Origin: Deltaproteobacteria bacterium
GTDB lineage: Bacteria > Desulfobacterota > DSM-4660 > Desulfatiglandales > HGW-15
DNA: 32,000 nt
Reading direction: 5' to 3'
NCBI GenBank assembly: GCA_019308745.1
Contig: JAFDHO010000015.1
Span: 1-32,000, forward strand
A program made the position numbers and the translations under genes. The notes under the pieces were generated by a model that did no database searches, was not told where the DNA came from, and worked only from the letters and a program-made list of their open reading frames with translations. How positions within the stretch are numbered: position 1 is the first letter of the stretch; the number at the start of each line of letters is the position of its first letter. Shown one piece after another: positions 26,165-32,000 of the stretch.

Positions 26165-26700
26165 CTAACATTTATCTTGCCGCGCGTCTTTTTGACCACA
26201 AGGGTCGCGAGCACGACCTTGAGGCAGTCTCCTATCAGAAAAGGGATGACGCCGACCGAAATGGCCTTGGAAAGGGCCATTTTCGCCACCAGGGATAGCT
26301 GGGTGACCCCCAGGATGTATATAACAACAAAGCCCGCGGCAATGGAAAAGGCGGTCCAGGCGATGGTGGTCTTCTCTCTGATCTCCATCAGTCTTCCAGT
26401 AACATAAGCGCCCACAATGAACCCTACCAGATAGCCGCCCGTGGGGCCCATCAGGACCCCAAACCCTGCCTTGCCTCCACTGAAAACGGGCAGTCCAATT
26501 ATCCCCAGGAGCAGATAAATGAATTGACTCAAGGCCCCAAGTCGCCCTCCCAGCAAAGAAGCGGCAAGGGCTACGAACAGGGTCTGGAGGGTTATGGGAA
26601 CAATAGGGAAAGGTATGATTATGTATGCCCCGACAGCCGTGGCTGCCCCAAAAAGCGCGGCATAGACCATCCCCCGCAAAGGAGACCTTCTATCTTCCAT
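26161..26700 (-). CDS. bioY: biotin transporter S component
   Basis: 179 aa with 6 hydrophobic segments and LGIIGLPVFSGG..GFGVLMGPTGGYLVGF, typical of BioY. Confidence 0.9.
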   Translation of the reverse strand: MEDRRSPLRGMVYAALFGAATAVGAYIIIPFPIVPITLQTLFVALAASLLGGRLGALSQFIYLLLGIIGLPVFSGGKAGFGVLMGPTGGYLVGFIVGAYVTGRLMEIREKTTIAWTAFSIAAGFVVIYILGVTQLSLVAKMALSKAISVGVIPFLIGDCLKVVLATLVVKKTRGKINVR

Positions 26701-26720
26701 TTCTTATCCTCCGGGCGGCA

Positions 26721-27692
26721 TCAGATCAGGCTGACATCTCCGGACACTATCCTGTGCAAGGATCCCCTTTCATCCCTGATTATCAGGGCACCGTCGGTAT
26801 CCACTCTCAAGGCCTCTCCGGTATATTCCCTTCCGACGGCATCGATCCTGACCTTTCTGCCCACCGTGTCAGTCAATCCATTCCATCTGCGGATAATCCC
26901 GTCAAATCCCCTCCCTTTGGATTCATCATAAAAGGCCTCGAACCGGCTCAGGAAATCCCTGACGAGAGGAGCCCTGGAGAAGTGCTGTCCAGTTTCAATC
27001 AACAAGGAAGTGGCCGTTTCCTGAACGCTTTCAGGGAATTCCCCTGTATTGACGTTTACCCCGATCCCTATGAGGACAAAGTTGATGGCATCGATCTCAG
27101 CGCTCAATTCGGTCAGGATACCCGCTAGCTTTTTGCCCTTTATGACGATGTCGTTGGGCCACTTTATCCTGGCCTCGATTCGGGAGATCTCTCTCAGGGA
27201 TTCCGCCAAGGCCACTCCGGTCAGGAGGGTTATCTTGGGTGCCTCGGCAGGGGGCAGGGACGGCCGAAGGACTATTGTCATATAGATCCCTCCCCCGGGC
27301 GGAGAGAACCAGTCTCTATCCATTCGTCCCCTGCCGCGTGTCTGCTTTTCGGCAATGACAAGTGCCCCCTCAGGGACACCCCTGATGGCAAGGTCTTTGG
27401 CCATCCTATTGGTAGAGTCGACCTCATCCATGTGGATGATCTCTCTTTTGCCGAAGACATTGTTTTCAAGTCCTTCTCGTATTTCTTCAGGCAACATCCT
27501 GGAGGATGCCTCCTTCAGCCTGTATCCCTTCTTGGGCATAGACTCAATGATGTAGTCCTTACATTTGAGCCAGGAGACATGTTTCCAAACGGCGGACCTG
27601 CTCACCCGTAACTCGCTGCTCAGGTGTTCGCCTGATACCCACTTTCCCCTATGAGCCTTAAGGATTGATAGGAGTCTTTCTCTCGTCGTCAT
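26721..27692 (-). CDS. birA: bifunctional biotin-[acetyl-CoA-carboxylase] ligase / biotin operon repressor
   Basis: N-terminal wHTH (LSSELRVSRSAVWKHVSWLK) and biotin-binding loop GRGRMDRDWFSPPGGGIY. ATG 27692 is preferred; the track ORF runs to 27809 through the operator region. Confidence 0.9.
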   Translation of the reverse strand: MTTRERLLSILKAHRGKWVSGEHLSSELRVSRSAVWKHVSWLKCKDYIIESMPKKGYRLKEASSRMLPEEIREGLENNVFGKREIIHMDEVDSTNRMAKDLAIRGVPEGALVIAEKQTRGRGRMDRDWFSPPGGGIYMTIVLRPSLPPAEAPKITLLTGVALAESLREISRIEARIKWPNDIVIKGKKLAGILTELSAEIDAINFVLIGIGVNVNTGEFPESVQETATSLLIETGQHFSRAPLVRDFLSRFEAFYDESKGRGFDGIIRRWNGLTDTVGRKVRIDAVGREYTGEALRVDTDGALIIRDERGSLHRIVSGDVSLI

Positions 27693-27751
27693 AACTCGAC
27701 AGGCTGTTGCCCAGATCCCTCTTACGTGCTTTATTCCCGAACAGGGACTTA

Positions 27752-27783
27752 TTGTCAACCGCAAAATGAAGATGGGTTGACAT
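27752..27783 (-). promoter_or_regulatory. BirA operator (bioO-type inverted repeat)
   Basis: TTGTCAACC, 14-nt spacer, GGTTGACAT, about 60 nt upstream of birA. This is the same half-site type and spacing as known TGTAAACC-N14-16-GGTTTACA BirA sites. On the minus strand, one arm supplies a TTGACA -35-like hexamer. Confidence 0.7.
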
Positions 27784-27801
27784 TTATGGACGTCCCACTC
27801 A

Positions 27802-28902
27802 TCACACAAGGGCGCGGTCTATGATACCTCCGCCGAGGACGACGTCCTCGATGTAAAAGACGACGGACTGTCCGGGGGTCACGGACATCTGTGGTTCTTC
27901 GAAAACCACTCTAACGCTACCTCCAGGAAGGGGAAAAACCCTGGCGTCGGCCCCCCTGTGCTGCAAGCGGATCTTTGCCACGACCCGCAAGGGTTCTCGG
28001 AGTTCTTCAAGGGTTGGCAGGTTGAGCTGGGAAGCGATCAGTCCCGGGGAGAATACCTCCTCCTTTCCTCCCACAAGAATTCTATTATTGGCAGCGTCAA
28101 TGGCGGTGACATATAAGGGCCTTTGGGAAGAAATACCGAGGCCCCGTCGCTGACCTATGGTGTAATGGATGATGCCCTGATGCCTTCCGAGGACTCTGCC
28201 CTTTTTGTCAACAATGTCACCTGGTCTTATCTCGTTTTCCCTGAAAAGGGGGGAATAGTCACCTCCCTCGACGAAGTCCTGGCTCTCGGGCATATCAGCC
28301 GTTTCAAGCCCGAGGGAGCGGGCCTTTTCCTTGACCTCTTCCTTGGTCATTGTTCCCAGGGGGAAGAGGGCACGGGAGAGCTGTTCTCTGTCCAGTGCCC
28401 AGAGGAAATAGGTCTGGTCCTTGGAGGAATCCACGGCCTTTTTCAGGAGGACACCGTCTTCCCTCTTTTCAAGTTGTGCATAATGACCCGTAGCAAAGAA
28501 ATCCAACTGGATTCCAGCCTCTTTGGCCCTCTGGAGGAGAAAATCGAACTTCAATCTCCTATTACATACAATACAGGGGTTAGGCGTTCTGCCTGAAAGA
28601 TATTCCTTCCGGAAGTAATCGAGGACATAGCGCTTGTATTCTTCCTTCAGGTCCAGGGCGAAAAAGGGTATTCCAAGATCTCTGCAAAGGGCCCTTGCCC
28701 TCTCCACATCATGCCTCTCCCCCGGTCCGTAGCAGGCATGTCCTTTTGTCCCTAGAGGGGCTGAGGAAGAACCGTCGAAGATCTCCATGGTGAGGCCTAT
28801 GATGTCATGTCCCTCTTCGAGGAGTATTGCGGCCGCAACAGAGGAATCAACGCCACCGCTCAGACCCACCGCAATTCTTGCTTTTTCCTTGTTCCCTTTC
28901 AT
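27802..28902 (-). CDS. mnmA: tRNA 2-thiouridine(34) synthase
   Basis: 366 aa with the PP-loop GLSGGVDSSVAA, NPCIVCNRRLKF, ATGHYA and DQTYFL. Confidence 0.95.
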   Translation of the reverse strand: MKGNKEKARIAVGLSGGVDSSVAAAILLEEGHDIIGLTMEIFDGSSSAPLGTKGHACYGPGERHDVERARALCRDLGIPFFALDLKEEYKRYVLDYFRKEYLSGRTPNPCIVCNRRLKFDFLLQRAKEAGIQLDFFATGHYAQLEKREDGVLLKKAVDSSKDQTYFLWALDREQLSRALFPLGTMTKEEVKEKARSLGLETADMPESQDFVEGGDYSPLFRENEIRPGDIVDKKGRVLGRHQGIIHYTIGQRRGLGISSQRPLYVTAIDAANNRILVGGKEEVFSPGLIASQLNLPTLEELREPLRVVAKIRLQHRGADARVFPLPGGSVRVVFEEPQMSVTPGQSVVFYIEDVVLGGGIIDRALV

Positions 28903-28968
28903 AAAGTGACCTTGTCTGGTTCCGCGAACGGATTTATTCGCCTTTGCCAGAATACCCTGCAGCTTACT

Positions 28969-29222
28969 GCGGGGAGCTTGATTCTAACAGGGGAAACCTG
29001 GCCCTCTGCAACCGTGGCAGATCCCGCTCCGCGGGAGTTAGAGACAGTTTGCTCTGCCGTAAAAAGCAGGGCCAATCCGGTCTTGTCCATTTTTTCAAGA
29101 CCATATCTATTTCGTCAAGAGGTGGCAACCCAATATTTCGGGTTTAAGGAATTTGGAGTAGATTCCTAGGGGTTCATGAGCGTAAACCCCGAATATTGGG
29201 TTGCGGCAATGTCCGGTGGGAT
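28969..29222 (+). repeat. structured non-coding repeat, copy B
   Basis: Same orientation as copy A. The core 29048-29222 aligns to 4010-4184. It carries a 39-nt segment (29009-29047) where copy A has 17 nt, and it lacks the 3' closing arm seen in A. The inner stem is retained (29125-29137 with 29192-29204). Confidence 0.8.
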
Positions 29223-29275
29223 TTTGTAAACCCAAAGGGCTCCCAAGGCAGTTAATTGCGCCTCATGCTGTTTAT

Positions 29276-29336
29276 CGCTAAAGATTGTAACCGGAATTTC
29301 GCTGCGCTCAACTCCGTTTACAATCTTTAGCGTTTT
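29276..29336 (+). other. long AT-rich hairpin followed by TTTT (possible terminator of a transcript reading out of copy B)
   Basis: CGCTAAAGATTGTAA (29276-29290) pairs perfectly with TTACAATCTTTAGCG (29318-29332). The stem is extendable by CGGA/TCCG, and TTTT follows at 29333-29336. Confidence 0.35.
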
Positions 29337-29623
29337 AGGCAGCAACGGAGGCCGGCATCTCTCTCCTTATCCCGCAAGGTGCCTACATCAACCCAACTCC
29401 TCCATCCGGCTCAGGCCCAAGTCGGTTCCAGCCCAGGGCATTTCCTCCAATAACCTGAGGAACTCCCCGGTATCCCACGGACCGGCCGCGAGTGTTGACG
29501 CTCGGTTTGAGAGGCCAGGCCGAGATCTGCCCGCCATTAAGCCCCTGCTAAGGAAATGGCCTCGAGTTCCGGCGGAAGTAGCCCTTGCCTTATCCCTTGA
29601 AAGAGTGTAAAAGCATATCTATA

Positions 29624-29642
29624 ATATAACGATTCGTTATAT
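29624..29642 (+). promoter_or_regulatory. palindromic operator candidate overlapping the rrf2 promoter
   Basis: ATATAACGA-T-TCGTTATAT: 9-bp perfect arms. It is embedded in TATAAT-like sequence 33 nt upstream of the Rrf2 start. Confidence 0.45.
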
Positions 29643-29674
29643 AATTTGTTGTTAGGCAAAAAAGGAGATGTCTC

Positions 29675-30091
29675 ATGAAGTTGTCAACCAGGGGTCGTTA
29701 CGGGACGCGAATGATGTTGGATCTGGCACAACACTATAAGAACGGTCCGGTACAGATCGGCGATATAGCCAAGAGACAGGATATCTCGGTCAAGTACCTT
29801 GAACAGCTCATCATCCCCCTGAAGAAGGCCAATCTGATCAAAAGCCTCAGGGGACCCAAGGGTGGCCATATGCTCGCGACGCCTCCGCACAAGATAACAG
29901 TGGGACAGATTGTCAAAGTCCTCGAAGGGGGTATTGACCTGACTGACTGTATAGAACACCCTGATATCTGTGACAAATCGAGCCATTGCGTCACCAGGAG
30001 AGTGTGGGAGGACGCAACGGAGGCCATGTTTACACGGCTCAACAGCGTAACTCTCTCGAAAATGACGAAGATGGCCGAAGCCAACCAATAG
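29675..30091 (+). CDS. Rrf2-family transcriptional regulator with a three-Cys Fe-S ligand motif (IscR/NsrR-like)
   Basis: 138 aa with MKLSTRGRYGTRMMLDLA, ISVKYLEQLIIPLKKANLIKSLRGPKGG and the Cys triad DCIEHPDICDKSSHC. Confidence 0.92.
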   Translation: MKLSTRGRYGTRMMLDLAQHYKNGPVQIGDIAKRQDISVKYLEQLIIPLKKANLIKSLRGPKGGHMLATPPHKITVGQIVKVLEGGIDLTDCIEHPDICDKSSHCVTRRVWEDATEAMFTRLNSVTLSKMTKMAEANQ

Positions 30092-30399
30092 CACGGTCAA
30101 CATCTGCCCCTGGACACCTTTTTGAGACCTTTTCACAGAGAATTGTTGAGGAGACTTGGTCAGGGAGAGGGGTCTCACCAAACCCCGACGGATCCTTCCG
30201 GCTCTTTGGAATGAGGCAATCAGGGGCCCACTGTCAAGAAAGGGCTTTATAAAGATCTCCTGTTATGTTTTGATAATTCCTTGGCGGTCAAATCGTTGAA
30301 CGCCTATTATGGGATCAGGGCTCAAACAGATATGCGCGCTTGAGCAAGGGCCTGTTCAGCTTCGGTGGCAGGAGCGGGAGTTCTAAGGAATTGAGAGAA

Positions 30400-31932
30400 A
30401 TGAAGATCGAATCCATAGCAGTAAGCAAGAAGAAAGGTACCCCGAAGACCCGGGTAGAGGAGGCATTGATCGTTCGGGAGCACGGCCTGGAAGGGGATGC
30501 CCACGCAGGGAAATGGCACAGGCAGGTGAGCTTTCTCACCTCGGAAAGCATTGAAAGGGCCAGGGAGTGCGGGCTCGAGGTGGGCTTTGGCGACTTTGCA
30601 GAGAATATCGCAACATCCGGGATAGACTGGATGAAAATCCCTGTAGGAACCCGCCTCAAACTCGGAAAAGATGTCCTCGTGGAAGTCACCCAAATCGGGA
30701 AGGAGTGTCATGCCAGGTGCGCTATATATTACAAGACAGGCGACTGCATTATGCCCAAGGAAGGCATCTTTGGCCGGGTGCTGGAGGGGGGGAGAATCCA
30801 TGTGGGGGACGAGATCCGGATCTTCGACGGAAGTGAACAGGGCGATGGCCGATCTCCGGAAGAGAAGGAGATCTCTAAAAGGGTCAAGGCCATAAAGGAG
30901 AGGCTGGGCAAAGAGCTAATCATTCTCACGCACCACTACCAGCGGAAGGAGATCGTAGATCTGGGAGATTTCAGGGGCGACTCCTTTGGCCTTTCCCAGA
31001 GAGCAGCGGCAGACAGGTCGGCAAAGTACATCATCTTTTGCGGTGTGCACTTCATGGCGGAAAGTGCGGCAATCCTCTCACAGGATCACCAGATCGTTCA
31101 GATTCCCGACGCGGAAGCCGGCTGTTGGATGGCCGACATGGCTGATAAATTTGTGGTGGAAAGGGCCTGGGAGGGGCTCACCTTGGTCACCGGCCCTGAT
31201 GCCTTGTTGCCGGTTGTGTACATGAACTCGGATGCAGATCTCAAGGCCTTTTGCGGTCGGCATGGGGGGATTGTGTGTACTTCGTCAAATGCCGAAGACG
31301 CACTGAGGTGGGGGTTCTCCAGAAGGGAGAAGATCCTCTTTTTCCCTGACCAGCACTTGGGCCGCAACACTGGCAACAGCCTCGGGATAGCCCCTGAAGA
31401 GATGATCCTGTGGGACCCCCACAGGGAACTGGGCGGCAACAGTGCGGACCAGATCAGAAAGGCAAAACTGATCCTCTGGGACGGATATTGCCTGGTCCAC
31501 ACGCGCTTCAAAGTCGAACACATGGAGGAGATGAGGGCGCGGTATCCGGGGGCCAAAATCGTTGTCCATCCCGAATGCACTCAGGAGGTGGTGGCCCTTG
31601 CGGACGCTGTAGGTTCTACCGGGTATATCGTGAAGTATGTGGAGAATGCCCCTCCAGGTTCGACGATAATAATTGGGACCGAGATCAACCTTGTGCGAAG
31701 ACTGGCCCTGGAATGTCCGGACAGGCGCGTCGTCCCGCTCCATGACTCCCTGTGTCCAAACATGTACAAGATCGACCTGAACAAGCTCCTATGGACTCTT
31801 GAGAATCTGGGGAAGGCGAACGTTGTCGAGGTCCCGGATGATATCAGAAGGGATGCAAAGATCGCCCTGGACCGAATGCTCGAGCTTGCTCCGACCCAGA
31901 GCAAGGCGAATGGCAAACGCCAGCAGGCCTGA
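30400..31932 (+). CDS. nadA: MOSC domain fused to quinolinate synthase
   Basis: Single frame. Residues 1-~145 from ATG 30400 form a small MOSC domain (GLEGDAHAG..RQVSFL, KECHARCAIYYKTGDCIMPKEGIFGRV..GD.I). A linker GSEQGDGRSPEEKE follows, then a full Bacillus-type NadA (HHYQ, FCGVHFMAESA, AGCWMADMA, TSSNA, HPEC, IGTE). The track start at 30340 is less likely. Confidence 0.9.
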   Translation: MKIESIAVSKKKGTPKTRVEEALIVREHGLEGDAHAGKWHRQVSFLTSESIERARECGLEVGFGDFAENIATSGIDWMKIPVGTRLKLGKDVLVEVTQIGKECHARCAIYYKTGDCIMPKEGIFGRVLEGGRIHVGDEIRIFDGSEQGDGRSPEEKEISKRVKAIKERLGKELIILTHHYQRKEIVDLGDFRGDSFGLSQRAAADRSAKYIIFCGVHFMAESAAILSQDHQIVQIPDAEAGCWMADMADKFVVERAWEGLTLVTGPDALLPVVYMNSDADLKAFCGRHGGIVCTSSNAEDALRWGFSRREKILFFPDQHLGRNTGNSLGIAPEEMILWDPHRELGGNSADQIRKAKLILWDGYCLVHTRFKVEHMEEMRARYPGAKIVVHPECTQEVVALADAVGSTGYIVKYVENAPPGSTIIIGTEINLVRRLALECPDRRVVPLHDSLCPNMYKIDLNKLLWTLENLGKANVVEVPDDIRRDAKIALDRMLELAPTQSKANGKRQQA

Positions 31933-32000
31933 ACACGTTGTTGCCCCCAGCAAGCGAGTGATGGCGTTCTCAGTGCCTTTATGTGCCCTGTTGCGGGATT

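Noticed and set aside
29230-29610. A ~126-codon stop-free reading frame (plus strand) and a 50-aa minus-strand ORF (MAGRSRPGLSNRAS…) in the mnmA-rrf2 gap, as hidden genes.
   Set aside because: The plus frame has no ATG/GTG/TTG start or RBS and translates to S/R/P-rich sequence. The minus ORF has no recognisable motif or RBS. I keep them only as a possible decayed-gene explanation, to be tested by blastx.
1-32000. A CRISPR array, rRNA or tRNA genes, IS elements or prophage content anywhere in the window.
   Set aside because: No regularly spaced direct repeats, no rRNA-like conserved blocks, no tRNA cloverleaf candidates and no transposase or integrase-like ORFs were seen on either strand.

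Overview
This 32-kb window looks like ordinary chromosomal DNA from an anaerobe, with mid-50s %GC by eye. The anaerobe guess rests on gene content: class II B12-dependent RNR, a rubrerythrin-like protein beside a pyridine-nucleotide-disulfide oxidoreductase, an Fe-S Rrf2 regulator and a BioMNY/ECF biotin importer. I support about 29 protein genes. In order they are: pcm; a large membrane-embedded spermidine-synthase-like protein; the YhhQ queuosine-precursor transporter; an orphan ParA ATPase; a manA plus GT-B-like glycosyltransferase pair; a cNMP-binding/PilZ protein; a NUDIX hydrolase; a 4-gene polar amino-acid ABC transporter translationally coupled to a family-B DNA polymerase; nrdJ; uspA-lipA; the oxidoreductase and rubrerythrin-like protein; an XRE-HTH regulator with a Cys-rich domain; a PP-loop ATPase that appears truncated, next to a ThiF/MoeB-type E1-like enzyme; birA-bioY-ecfA-ecfT with a clear BirA operator; mnmA; and an Rrf2 regulator followed by a MOSC-NadA fusion. 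I found no rRNA or tRNA genes, CRISPR arrays, transposases, integrases or recognisable defence genes. I cannot point to a convincing new multi-gene system. The most unusual signal is non-coding: a family of highly structured intergenic repeats. It has two near-identical ~250-nt copies at 3956-4222 and 28969-29222, a partial third copy inside the ecfA-ecfT spacer, and a separate 322-bp nested inverted-repeat element after pcm whose 16-mer end recurs in the birA leader. Secondary leads are the MOSC-NadA fusion, the PP-loop/E1 pair with an uncharacterised E1 C-terminal domain and no visible Ubl carrier, the HTH/Cys-rich regulator, a TRAP-permease gene relic, and the odd operon placement of polB. 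All calls come from reading the sequence and recalling family motifs; no database search was run.
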